A DNA stretch of 64,000 bases from the human T2T-CHM13v2.0 reference genome, Homo sapiens. Of the stretch, positions 40,370 to 53,015 are shown in pieces. The DNA lies in assembly GCF_009914755.1 (NCBI RefSeq), contig NC_060925.1. The stretch is one strand, 5' to 3'. Positions within the stretch are counted from its first letter, which is position 1, and the number at the start of each line of letters is the position of its first letter. The notes beneath the pieces were generated by a model, which was not told the DNA's origin, did not search any database, and saw nothing but the letters and a program-made list of their open reading frames with translations. Made by a program: the position numbers and the translations under genes.

Positions 40370-42530
40370 TGATATAGTTTGACTGTGTCCCCGTTCATAT
40401 ATCCACTTGAATTTTATCTCCCAGAATTCCCACATGTTGTGGGAGGAACCCAGGGGGACGTAATTGAATCATGGGGGCTGGTCTTTCCAATGCTATTCTT
40501 GTGATAGTGAATAAGTCTCATGAGATCTGACGATTTTATAAGGCAGAGTTTCCCTGCACAAGTGCTCTCTTTGCCTGCTGCAATCCATGTAAGATGTGAT
40601 TTGCTCCTCCTTGCCTTCCACCATGATTGTGAGGCTTCCCTGGCCAAGTGAAAGAGGTTCACTACACCTCTTTCTTGTATAAATTGTCCAGCCTCTGGTA
40701 TGTCTTTGTCAGCAGCATGAAAACAGACTAATTCAGTAAATTGGTACTAGTAGAGTCAGACATTGTTGAGAAGATACCCAAAAATATGGAAGCGACTTTG
40801 GAACTGGGTAACAGGCAGAGGTTGGAGCAGTTTGGAGGGCTCAGAAGGAGACAGGAAAATGTGGAAAAGTTTGGAACTTCCTAGAGGCTTGTTGAATGTC
40901 TTTCACAAAAATGCTGATAGTGATATGAACAATAAGGTCCAGGCTGAGGTGGTCTCAGATGGAGATGAGGAACTTGGGAAGTGGAGGAAAGGTGACTCTC
41001 GTTATGTTTTAGCAAAGAGACTGGGAACATTTCACCCCTGGTGTAGAGATCTGTGGAACTTTGAACTTGAGAGAGATGATTTAGGATATCTGGCAGAAGA
41101 AATTTCTAAGCAGCAAAGTAATCTATATGACTTGGGTGCTGTTGAAGGCATTCAGTTTCATAAGGGAAACAGAGCAGCATAAAAGTTCAAAAAAATTTAC
41201 AGCCTGACAATGCAATAGAAAAGAAAATCTCATTTTCTCAGGAGAAATTCAAGCCAGTTGCAGAAATGTGTGTAAGTAATGAGGAGCCAAATGTTAATCC
41301 CCAAGACGATGGGGAAAATGTCTCCAGGGCATGACAGAAGTCTTCATGGCAACCCCTGCAATAACAGGCCCAGAGCCTAGGAGGAAAAAATGGTTTCATG
41401 GGCCAGGCCTAGGGTCCCTGTGCTGTGTTCAGGCCTTCGGGTGCACAGAAGTCAAGAATAATTGAGGGGAATATCCACCTAGATTTCAGAGGATTTATGG
41501 AAAATGCCTGGATGCACACAGAAGTTTGCTGCAGGGGCGGGGCTTCCAGGGAAAACTTGTGCTAGGGTAGTGCAGAAGGGAAATGTGGGGTCAGTGCACC
41601 CACACAGAGTCCCTACTGGGGCACCACCTAGTGGAGCTGTGAGAAGAGGGCCACCATCCTCCAGACCCCAGAATGTTAGATCCACTGACAGCTTGCACTG
41701 TGTGCCTGGAAAAGCTGCATTCAACACCAGCCCATGAAAGCAGCTAGGAGGGAGGCTGTACCCTGCAATGCCACAGAGGCAGAGCTACCCAGGGCCATGG
41801 GAACCCACCTCTGGCATCAGCATGACCCAGATGCAAGACATAGAGTCAAAGGAGATCATTTTGGAGCTTTAAGATTTGACTGTCCTGCTGGATTTCAGAC
41901 TTGCATGGGGCCAGTAGCCCCTTTGTTTTGGCCAATTTCTCTCATTTGGAATGGCTGTATTTACCCAAAGCCTGTACCCGCATTGTTTCCAGGAAGTAAT
42001 TAACTTGCTTTTTATTTCACAGGCTCATAGGTAGAAGGGACTTGCCTTGCCTCAGATAAGACTTTGGACTGTGGACTTTTGGGTTAATGCTGAAATGAGT
42101 TAAGAGTTTGGGGGACTGTTGGGAAGGCATGATTGGTTTTGAAATGTGAGGACAAGAGATTTGGAGGGGACAGAGGCAGAGTGATATGGTTTGGCTGTGT
42201 CTCCATACATGAATACTTGAATTGTATCTCCCAGAATTCCCACGTTATGGGAGGGACCCCGGGGGAGGTAATTGAATCATGGGGGCCAGTCTTTCCCATG
42301 CTATTCTCATGATAGTGAATAAGTCTCATGAGATCTGATGGGTTTATCAAGGGTTACTGCTTTTGCTTCTTCCTCATTTTTCTCTTGCTGCCACCATGTA
42401 AGATGTGCCTTTCACCTCCTGCCATGATTCTGAGGCCTCCCCAGCCATATACAACTGTAAGTCCAATTAAATTTTTTTGTTCCCAGTTTCAGATGTGTCT
42501 TTATCAGTAGCGTGAAAATGAAATAATACA
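40370..42530 (+). mobile_element. Full-length THE1 MaLR provirus: LTR 40370-40735, internal region, LTR 42182-42530
   Basis: TG...CA termini; perfect TSD ATGGG (40365-40369, 42531-42535); THE1-int ORF remnant 40763..41182 (WKSLELPR..NADSDM..VQAEVVSDGDEEL); purine tract before 3' LTR. Confidence 0.96.
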
Positions 42531-42543
42531 ATGGGTGATACGT

Positions 42544-43061
42544 AAGGTGGTCACACATCTTGGTTTGCATGTTTTCCTACAGTGATTATCAATAGCATAA
42601 CCTTTCTGTCTTAGTCTATTTTTGTGTTGCTATAAAGGAACACTTGAGGATGGATAATTTATAAAGAAAAAAAGTTTATTTGACTCACAGTTCTACAGGT
42701 TGTACAAGAAGTGTGGTGCTACCATCTGCCTCTGGTGAGGCCCTCAGCTGCTCTTCCTCATAGCTGAAGGTGAATCACATGGAGTGAGAGAGAGAAGGGG
42801 GAAAGGTATCAGGCTCTATTTAACAATCAGTTCTTGTGGGAACTAATAGAGTAAGAAATCACTCATTACTTTGAGCACTACACAAAGCCATTCATGAGGG
42901 ATTTGCCTCCGTGACTCAAACACCTCTCATTAGGCTGTCAACTCCAACATGGAGAGTCAAATTTCAACAAGATTTGGAGGGATCAAACAAGTCATATCCA
43001 AACTATAGCACTTTTATACCCAAAAACGTTCTGATCTGAACAAGTTATATGGTTAACCATA
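42544..43061 (-). mobile_element. MER94-like MITE split by an MST LTR (pieces 42544-42606 and 43011-43061)
   Basis: AGGTGGTCACACATCTTGGTTTGC... and ...TTATATGGTTAACCATA resemble the two MER94 ends. Confidence 0.6.
42607..43010 (-). mobile_element. MSTB-like solo LTR
   Basis: TGTCTTAGTC...TTGCTATAAAGGAA...CCAAACTATAGCA; TSD CTTTC/CTTTT; reverse-homologous to LTRs at 28637 and 30642. Confidence 0.9.
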
Positions 43062-43284
43062 TGTATTTATGCATTTGTCTCCCCCAACATTCTATAGCTT
43101 AGCTGTGCATAGGCACTTTTTTGTTGTTTTTCCTTGTGGGACTTCATTGATTTGAGCTGTAGGCATCATACAATGTCATTGAGTGCTGATGGGTAATGAT
43201 CTTCATTTACAAGCATTCAAAATCACAGAGTATATTAACTCCCTCTCTACAACTATCCCTAGGCTTTCCCTAGAAAGTACCTCT

Positions 43285-43580
43285 TTTTAAAACAACTGTA
43301 TTGATATATAATTGAAATATAAAATGTGTATATGTTTAACTTGTATGATGTGATGCTTTGATATCATATACATTATGAAGTAATTACCATAATCAAGTTA
43401 ATTGACGTATCCATTACCTCTACATAGTTGCTATTTTGTGTGTGTATCTATATGTGTTGTATGTGTCTGTTGAGAAGATTTAAAGATCTATCTTCTTAAC
43501 AAATTTCACATATACACTACAGTATTTTAACTATCATCACCATGGCAAGGTACTCTTAAACACGATACAAATAGATCTCC
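43285..43580 (-). mobile_element. L1MA-type 3' end
   Basis: TACCATAATCAAGTTAATTGACGTATCCATTACCTC...AATAGATCTCC. Confidence 0.8.
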
Positions 43581-43599
43581 ACGTCAGGTCAATAGTGAA

Positions 43600-44316
43600 A
43601 AGTATTTTGTTTGCTTTCATAAAATCCATTACTTCCTTTTCCCGACAGTTCTACTCTAAGTTTCCTTTGGAATAAAAAATGCAACCTTTCCCTTCTCTCA
43701 GTCAAATGGTCCCAGCTCCAAGAGCCCCCTGATTGGAATAAACCAATAAGAGATTGTCTTAGGAGTGACCCATAGCCAATCAGAGCCAATGAGATGTGGT
43801 AAGTCATCTGTGGGATTTTTGGGAAAGAGAAGTCTTCTGTATTTTTTTGTATTGGTCATTGTGATAATGTAAGCCCAGAGCAACTGGAAGTCTGACAATG
43901 GAGACACAACAGAGGATGGAGTCCAAAGAGATGCATCAAAAAACAGCATTTGAGCCCTGTAGCCAACCAACCTTTTAAATAATATGAAGTAACAGATTAA
44001 TTTTGGTTTAATCTAGTAGATCTCAATTGCAGGTAATTTTGTCCTCCAGGGAATATTGGGACATCCTTGGAGACATTTTTTACTTTCACAACTGAGGATG
44101 TGAGTGGGGGTCAGTGAAGGAGTTGTTATTTGTATCTAGTGGGTAATGATCAGGGATGCAGGTAAAATTCCTGCAGTGCCCAGGACAGGCCCAGACAACA
44201 AAGAATTACTTGGCCTAAAATGAATGTCAATAGTGCTGAGGCTGAGAAATTCCAGTTTAGACCACTTTGAGCTAAATTATCTGTCATTTACAAAATTAAA
44301 GATCCTACATAATACA
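43600..44316 (+). mobile_element. Old MLT1 (J/K-like) LTR interrupted by MER20
   Basis: GTGACCCATAGCCAATCAGAGCCAATGAGA...; 3' end CTGTCATTTACAA...CCTACATAATACA. Confidence 0.6.
44013..44254 (+). mobile_element. MER20 hAT transposon
   Basis: TGGAGACATTTTT..TCACAACTG...CAGGACAG...ACAACAAAGAATTA...ATGTCAATAGTGCTGAGGCTGAGAAA. Confidence 0.88.
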
Positions 44317-44379
44317 AAGGCTCTCTGTGGAGAAAAGTCCCATCTGCAAATCATTGACTCCATTAACTTTTTAGATTAA

Positions 44380-45242
44380 AAAATAGTAAGTCAAATCACA
44401 TCAATCCTGTGCTCTAAAACACCCAGTGGCTTCCCATCCCCTCAGTATAAAATCTAAAATACTTGTTATTGCCTATATCAGGAATTGGCAAACTTGTTCC
44501 GTAAAAGGCTTGATATTAAATATGTTCTATAGCAACAAACAACTTTGTTCTTGTAGCGTGAAAACAGCTGTAAATAATGCAAAAACGAGGGAACATGCTG
44601 TATTCTGATACAACTTTATAAATGCTGAAATTTGAATTTCATGCAGTTTCCATATGTCACAAAGTATTGTTTTACTTTTTATATTTTATCCCAAACATTT
44701 AAAATTGAAAAAACTCTTTGAACTCAGAAGCCATATAGAAACAGCTGGTGGGTCAAACGTGGGCCACAGGCTGTAGTTTGGTAACTCCTGATTTGCATGA
44801 TCTGCACTTTCCTCCATAGATTTCATTCACTTTACCACATTTGCTCTCTTCAAGGACCACCATTTACTCTGCCCTCTTTGCTGTTCCTTGCACATACCAT
44901 CACAATGCCTTTGCACAAGCTATGCTTTTCACCTAGAATGTGCTTTCTCCTAATCTTTGAATAGCTAGCTCCCTTCACCTTTTAAAGTAAGTCTTCTCTT
45001 ATTATCACATCTGAAACCATGACCCCTATCCTCATACAGTGCTTTCTTTCTCCTCTAATGCTCATCACCAGTGGAGCCATGGAACCACATACTATGTTTC
45101 ATTGGTTTCTTTCCCACCTCCTCTCAATAGAATGTAACCTTCATGAGAGAAGATACTTTCTGTTTCTTTCACGGCTGCATCCAGAACAATGCCTGGCATA
45201 AAATATGTACTCCATGAGAATTTTTTTTTTGCATGAATGAAT
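44380..45242 (+). mobile_element. L2 LINE 3' portion interrupted by MER58
   Basis: CCAGTGGCTTCCCATC...TAGAATGTAACCTTCATGAG...AGAACAATGCCTGGCA...ATGAATGAAT. Confidence 0.8.
44479..44790 (+). mobile_element. MER58B-like hAT transposon
   Basis: TIRs CAGGAATTGGCAAACT / AGTTTGGTAACTCCTG; internal CTGAAATTTGAATTTCAT. Confidence 0.88.
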
Positions 45243-45509
45243 TGTTATTTATATTTTTCAAAATTCCTATTGATTTTGGCCTTCATCTCAAATAACCTTT
45301 TGAGGCTCTACATGATTGGGAGCTGGTTGTTGATTTTGCTCCCTTCAGTTTCTTTAACCGCTAATATTTTGTACATTGTTCCATAACATGACTGTTGCAT
45401 AAATCTCCTCTCTGCTAATGGTGAGACTCTTCAATCTAGCTGAGCTGCATTCAGTATCATTTTAACCATTAATAAACTTCCATAACTCTGAAGCTAAGGT
45501 GATCCTCCT

Positions 45510-45950
45510 TGTGTATTATAAGAGAACGGTGGTGCCCCAGCCTGCTCCCCTTACTGTGTCTGCTGGGTTAGCTTTTAGATGCTCACAGCTGCACTACATT
45601 TTTCAGAAACTTGCCCTCAGCCAATGGGAATCATCTTCGTAAGAAAATTATGCCTAAGGAAGTTGCCCACAGCCAATAACTATTATTAGTAACTAGTAGG
45701 AAATAAATAGAATAGGTTAGGCCTTTTGCCTCAGAGAGATGATTCTAAGGTGCAGTTTAAGCTTTACAGCCCTTCTTCTCTGGCTTAGGCCAGGAAGTCT
45801 TTTTCTAAGATCATATCTTTGTTAATCCCCTTTCCTTTCCTATACTGCTTCACTCTCTCTACTCAGATTTTTTTCTGATGAGCACCCCCTAGTAAACCAT
45901 ATACACCCAAATTTTCATCTCCAATTCTGCTTCCAGGAATTTTTTCCTAA
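45510..45950 (+). mobile_element. ERVL LTR16-like solo LTR
   Basis: TGCCCTCAGCCAATGGGA...GAGCACCCCCTAGTAAAC...TCTGCTTCCAGGAA. Confidence 0.7.
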
Positions 45951-46239
45951 TTTACTAAATATATCAACTCTTACACAATGTACAGAATAAATAGGTGCAC
46001 CCAAATCTATTCTAACAAACTCAAAATCATAGCATTATTATACGATTGGATATAAAAACCTCAGTTTTAGAGCACAAAGTAAGATGCATTCCATCTACTG
46101 ATAACTTTCTTCTGGAATGTAGCAGCAGCAAAGGTTGATTAAATTATCAAATGAATTATTTTCTGTTTATCAATATGCAGCCTGTGCTCCCATTAACAGA
46201 TTTGACTGCTCAAATGAATGCATGTTTAAAATTCAGTTT

Positions 46240-47385
46240 ATTAATATAGATGCAGATGTTTATATAAAAAATATTTTTATATATGAGTATGTAATATACA
46301 CACTTTGTTTTCTGAAAGGCTGCAAAAGCAATAACACCCCTGGAGTCATAAGCACACCTATTCACTAGACCTTAGTTTCTAATATCATTCTCTGATTAAA
46401 TGAATCAGAGCTTCTAATGAAGCCCTTAGAAATGACTGATTCTAAGACTGAAGACAAGATAAGCCTGAACCATTTTGTAGTGCAGGAGGTAAAATTACAA
46501 CAATAAAAACAAAAACCCACGAACAATGGTGGGGGTATATCTAATTTGCGCATAAGCCAACTGAAGGACTGCCAAAGGGCCAAAGATGGAACAACTTCAA
46601 CAATGAAATAAATAATATTATATTGGATTAGAACCCAAAGAATATAAATCTGTGAACTCATACTGATATAAAATGAGAGAGAATAGACAAATATCCTCTG
46701 CAGAAGAATTTCAAATATATTATATAGACACTCCATACTCAAGGTGGTGGAGCATAACTTCTACCTCTTAGGTGTCGGATACGCATAGTGACTTCCTTCC
46801 AAATACACAATACGATAAAAGAGAAAAAATAAGTTTGCATGGAGAAAGCTGGCAAATTCCACCTCAGCCAGATGATCAAGGCTAACACCAGCATTGATGT
46901 CATGTTGATAGTATGTTAACTTCATGTGATACGATGAGAATGATGCTTATTCTCTGTGGTCTTCCTCCCCAAAAGCCCTTAACTCCAGTCACATGAGAAA
47001 AACATCAGAAAAATCCCAATTAAGGGACAGTCTACAAAGTATCTGACTCTTCAAAGCTGTCAAAGACATGAAAATGAAGAAAGTTTGAGAGACTGTCACA
47101 GCCAATAGCAGTCTAAGACATAACAACCAAATGTAATGTATCCTGATTAAATTGTAAAACAGAAAAAGACCATTAGGTCAAGCCTAAAGATAGATGAGTA
47201 AAATGTAGATTATAATTAATAATCATGTATCAATTTTGATTTATTAATTGTGACATACAGACAATGTTAAAATAAAATGCTATTTATAGAAGAAACTTGG
47301 TGTGGGGTACACAGAAATCCTCTGTACTATCTTCACCACCTTTATATAAGTCTACAATTATATAAATAAAAATTTATTTAAAACC
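46240..47385 (+). mobile_element. L1MC/MD-type 3'UTR
   Basis: CCTCAGCCAGATGATCAAGG...CTCTGTGGTCTTCCTCCCCAAAA...CTCTGTACTATCTT, A-rich end. Confidence 0.85.
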
Positions 47386-49924
47386 TAAAATTTTTAATTT
47401 AGAATTACAACCTTAAGATTTTAATATTCAAGGATTTTTAAGTTCAAGAGAATGCTTAATTCACATTAGAATATTATGAATATCATTTTGATTATTACTG
47501 AAGGAAACCACTTTGAAACTTCCAAAAGAATATTAATATTTTATATGCCCAAAGACTTTAAAGTTAGAATACTTTGGCATTAGCAATATTCAAAGAATTT
47601 TCATCAAAATGAAATTATTAACATTTTCAACAATGCTTTGGCAGTATTTTTTATAATATGTATCATGTTTGGTTAAGAACTGCAATATTTATAATGACAT
47701 TACAACAAATTCATAACATTCTATGACTGTAGAAGCTTTTCATTGATTTTTAACTTACTTAACCTAAGAATTTTATGTATTTTATAGGGAATAGAATTTG
47801 GTGGAATGAGCACTAATGTTTCTTTGGCATTTGTGCTCCACTGTGCATTAACTACTTAGGGTCTCATATTTGTCATCCAGTTCCTTCCCACCACACTCTA
47901 AGAAACCCATAGTTTAACTAATTTGAGAGACAGAGAGACTCACTGACTGTAATGCAGCCCCACTGAAACATCAGTAACTGAGAAAAAGCAGAGTCTTCAT
48001 CTATGATACTCACTCTTTTATCCCCAGAACCTAGAACAATGACTGGAGAATAGAGGATCCTCATCAAATAAGTATTGAATAAATGTGTGAGAATATATGA
48101 CTTTATCTAATATAACACAATTACTCGGAATAAAATCCAACGTTATTACTGCTGCTTACCAGGCCCTATCATGAACTCATCTCATGGCAGGTGGACAGTA
48201 CGCTTCCCTGAAGGAGAAGCCTTAAAGGAAAGATATCTGCCAAGAGTCCATAACCACCAAATGCAGGGTACTGAACATAGTGGGTATCAAATCCTTGAAT
48301 TTTCAATGAGTTTATCAATGGGCCACAAATAAAAGAGAAATTTAGGCAAATTGGGAAAAGGGTTTAGATTTTCTTCAATTTCACTTTCATGAGTAAATTA
48401 CTTTGCTCAGAGGAATTATGTAAATGAAAGCTCTGATTAGATAATATATGCAAACTTCTATTTTTCAGGAGTTGATCTGATTCATTTATTGCATACTTTT
48501 CCTATTTACCAGATTGTATAGTTTTTATGCTGTCTGTAACACAGGAAAAAAATAATAAAGCACCATGCTATCAAGTGACTACATTTATAAATAGCTTAAA
48601 GGGAAACATAAAAATGGAAACCCAAATGCAGACATATGTTGAAGCAATGCTATGTAATTACCAATGGATACAAAGAAGAGACAGCTTCTCTGACATACAT
48701 TAAGCCATAAAAACTGAGTTGTCTCTGGAAATTCCATTTTATTATGCAATATATTTCTAGGGAAAGTGGGAAGTAGATAAATATAGAGTCTACATATGAG
48801 TGCTGTATAAATGGAATTTGCATTACGGTGAAATCATTGCTTTAGCACTTTTCTACTTTAAAAAAATCATAAAACAAATATATAGCATCTAAAGTTATTT
48901 TTAAAACTTCTGAAATTTATTTTTATCTTTGAGTTTAATCTCTTCTAAAGGCCATTTAAATAAGTACATGAGAATATAATTCATTGCTCTACAAATGCTA
49001 AGCTAATTTATTGTCAATGACAGTGGTATTTTTAATTTTTTAGAAGTAATAATATTTATAAATTATTCAGATAATAACTTATTTTTCAACTCACATCAAG
49101 GTTGAGTGTGTAGGCTAGACATCCAACTGAAAGGATTAATCTAAGCCAAAATAGATATTTTAATGCTTAAACCTTTCATGATTTTTTTTTGAGGGAGGCA
49201 GGGGGTATATCCTTCTTTACAATTGTTTGCACCTGCCAAAGGAAATTTTCTTCATTGATCTTTCTGGATTAAAAGCCAATATGGTCAGTCCCTAGATTCC
49301 TATATTTTTGCCTCCTTTTATTAAAGTTAATCCAAGGACTAGAATTAATGAAGATGGTTCTACATGCTGCTATACTGCCCAGCTAACTTCACATTGTTGG
49401 TAACAGAAAGCACAGAATGCAAGAAGCAAAATCTTCAAGACTGTCATGCCCATGGATATTAAATAGACATTTGTTTCATGACTGCTATTTTGTCCCCATC
49501 AACTCACAAATAAATTCTAGTGTCATCCAAAGGAAAACTTTTTTGCTTTTGGTTGGCTGAAAACAGAGAAGGCATTTTTGGACAAACAATATAACCCACA
49601 ATCTTGAAAAAAAAAAATAGTTGATAGACCAGATGGCTGAACCTGCATCCGCAAAACTCAAAAGAATAGAGAGGTGTACTGAATTCAGCTAAAAGGCATC
49701 TCATAGTGCTAAACATTGCAGGAAGAGGCAGAGAGGGATGTGCTTAGCAGCCATCTATTTACACACATACTGAGAAGCTCTTCTTCTGTACCAGGCACTG
49801 CATTAGGGCTGGAGACATCGGAGATTCCATACTCTTATAGAGTTCATATTCTAGTGGGGAAAATGTAGGAAAATGACTAACAACAGTTAGTTAACAGCAC
49901 TTGAGAATAACAGTAAGAGAGGCA

Positions 49925-50170
49925 ATAGTAATGTCAGAAATATTAACTGCCATTTTACAGTGTCTGCCTTGTCAAGCATTGTGTCATATTTTCAATCTTA
50001 TTGATCTCACATCAAACATTGGACATAATTATGTACGAATGAGACAGGGACATAAAAAAGGTTAAATAGTTTACCAAATATGTGGAAAGTAGTCAGTGGT
50101 GGTGTCAGGGTTTGTATCTTGGTCTGTTTGTCTAAAACCCAGGCCTTTTTACTTTCTTACGTTGCCTTTC
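49925..50170 (-). mobile_element. MIR SINE
   Basis: AATGAGACAGGGACA...GGTTAAATAGTTTACCAAA...CAGGGTTTG..TCTGTTTGTCTAAAACCC. Confidence 0.6.
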
Positions 50171-50289
50171 AAAAATAGCCAACAATTTAAGGTGGAAAAT
50201 AAACCCCTTCCTAAAAAAGAAAAACATAATTTTCTCTTCTAGAAATACAATATCTAGAGGCAGGATGACATTTATACACTATGAGACTT

Positions 50290-50535
50290 AATAGCATTGT
50301 GGTTAATAGCAAAAATTCTGTAGTCAGACATTCTGAGCTCTAGCTCCACCACTAACTAGCTGTTCCATCATAGGCCAATTACTTACCCCTTCTTTGCCTC
50401 TTTTTTTCTCATCTGTAAAAGGGACTATAACAGTATTTCCTTCTTTGGCTCCTTATGAACATTAATTGATACATGTATAGTGCTGATAGCAGTGCCTAAC
50501 TACAAGCAATGAACTAATGTTAACTATTATTGTTA
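50290..50535 (+). mobile_element. MIR SINE
   Basis: GTGGTTAATAGC...GTCAGAC...CTCATCTGTAAAAGGG...TGTTAACTATTATT. Confidence 0.85.
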
Positions 50536-51896
50536 TATCTGTACTTTCTGGACTGAAAGGAACAGACTGAAGTGGACACCTAACTTTTAAGAAAGTCTGT
50601 TAATAATCCCATCTCTCTCCAAAAATTTTAGTTTCCCATATTCCTATGTTTCTTCCACTCCCAATAAATATTGGTTATTCATCTATATGTCCCTTTCTCC
50701 TTCATTTCAGTGGCTTCCGTATACTTTTTAATCTTCCATTCTTATTCTCCTCCCATTATATTCTTTAATATAATATAAATCTTATATTTTCACTCTTTCT
50801 TTTTCTTATGTCTCCATTTCAAACTTGAAGTGAAATTCCATTTCAAAGTTGAGTTATAATTTATACTATAATTTTTACATGATTTTTTCTTACATTGACC
50901 CTACTCTACAACTCCTGCTGATCAATAAGTATTTTATAATGTTACTTTTCCCCCTTTTCTGAGATTCTAGTGCAGTATTTAATGCGGCATTTTGCACACA
51001 GGCAAACGATACACATTTGTTGATTAGGTGAATGAGACTTTTCTGCCAACATTTTGCAAATTTACATCCCCTATTGAAAGTGAAGAAGACTAGGATTGTC
51101 CTTGTTTCCTACCTTATTTTTCTGTGTGTCTTTCAATTTACTTTTGGATTCAGCCTTTTTCTGTAAGAGCCTTAGTGTATTGTATTATGTTATGTCATAT
51201 CTTACTGTATGTTCTCTCTTTTTAGAAAACATTTACTTTGATTTGTATGAACCATTTCCACCTGCAAATATCTCCTTTTTAACTGCCCTTTGGATGCATT
51301 ACAAATGAACATGAACATTTTCCAAACTTTACGCCAGTGCCAAGGTGGAGTGGGTTCTTCTGACCACTACATTTTTATAAACAAAACTCACACCGTAATT
51401 TTCCCTGAAATTACATCACAGGATTTTACATCCAAAGCATGAACATCTTTGGATAAAAGAGGCCACCAGAAGTGAAAATAGATGTAGGAAAATTATATAT
51501 TTTACTTTGTAAGGTTTATATTCAGCACATTTTGAGCCAAATCTACCCCTTAGATGTAGTCACACATTTCTATGGATCTTTAATGGTTGGGTATCCAAGC
51601 ACAAAACACTTTGAAACAATTAATTTATAATCAAAACCCTTTGAAATTCCATAGAAATGAACAATTCTTAATTCAAATGCAATCAGCCTATGATAATTTT
51701 ACTTTCAAGGTGGAATAAAAGTATATTTAATATACCATCTAGGTGATTTACACTACTACAAGGAAAATATCTTCCTCCAAAATCAACATCAAAATCTTCT
51801 CTATAACTAAAGCCATTCTTAAGTTTCAGCTTAAATGTGCCACTCTATAAGTATTAACTATCATCTCAATGCTATCCCAGGAAAGCCATGAGGTGA

Positions 51897-51927
51897 AAAC
51901 AAACAAACAAACAAACAAACAAAAAAC
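51897..51927. repeat. (AAAC)n microsatellite
   Basis: Direct reading. Confidence 0.9.
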
Positions 51928-52009
51928 CAGCAGAATCTCCCGAATTTGTCTCCTGGTTTGATACTTGAAGCATGGCTCTCAGAACAGAAGCAGAAGCATC
52001 TGTTTTGGA

Positions 52010-52150
52010 CAAGCACTTCTCAAACTTGAGTATGCTTACGATTTAACCTTGAATCAAAAGGGGTGGGGTGAGGCTGAAATTTTATTTTTCTAATAAGCTT
52101 CCAGGTGGTACTAAGGCTGCTACCCTGTGGTCCACACTTTGATTAGCAAA
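52010..52150. mobile_element. MER5A-like hAT transposon
   Basis: CTTCTCAAACTTGAG...TTTCTAATAAGCTTCCAGGTG...CCACACTTTGATTAGC. Confidence 0.75.
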
Positions 52151-52849
52151 GGTTCTAGAAATCAAGAGTAACTACTGGTTATGTTGTACCTTAACATCCT
52201 ACCCATAATTATATTATTTCATGACAGTACAAACTTCAATAAGTATATCTACCAAGTACTTTGAAAATAGCAAATATTTATTGAACACACATTTATGAAA
52301 TAAAATTTGAAAGTAAAAACTTTTTATAAAAGGAAAGAGTTAAATAACTGATAAAACTTTCTGAAGCGTAAAAGTCTCTGTGGAAAAAGTCAGAGAAATG
52401 TTATGAGACTATTGAAAGGAAATATATGTATTCACTGAAAAATAACACTCATGTTGAGGCCATGATTTAATTCAGTGTTTCACTTGATAGCCACATCCTG
52501 CTGATGATTAAATTTTTTAAATAAATTTTGAAGAGTTTGAAAAGAAACGCTTGCTTTTAATTGTGTATGAGCAGTCTAAGTTCTCTTTTTCATAAGGGAA
52601 AAATAGGAAAATCAAGATTCTGGCAGTTATTAAATTGTCATAAATTTCGAAATGTCTATCTTAGTACATTAAGAAAGTGCAATTGTTTTGACAGTTCTAT
52701 TCCCTACTCTGAATAAAATAGTTGTTTTTACTACCTGATTGATTTAATATCTGGGAGGTGTGACATATCCTGCTGGGCAACATTTTAGAAAATGAGATGT
52801 CATTGTGTCAATAAAGTATCTGTAGCACATGCATAAGAATGACATTTTA

Positions 52850-53015
52850 GTGCTTTTAGAGCTGCAAGAGTCCCTGGAAATCGTGTGGTACATTTTCTTC
52901 ATTTTAGGAAGGAAAACAATAAAAGATCCAATAAAGCAAGGTGGTTTATTCAGAGTCCCACCCAGCTAGTTAGTAGCAGAGCTAAGAATAAATTCCCAAT
53001 CTCTTGATTCCTAGG
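52850..53015 (-). mobile_element. MIR SINE
   Basis: TTCATTTTAGGAAGGAAAAC...CAGCTAGTTAGTAGCAGAGCT. Confidence 0.65.
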
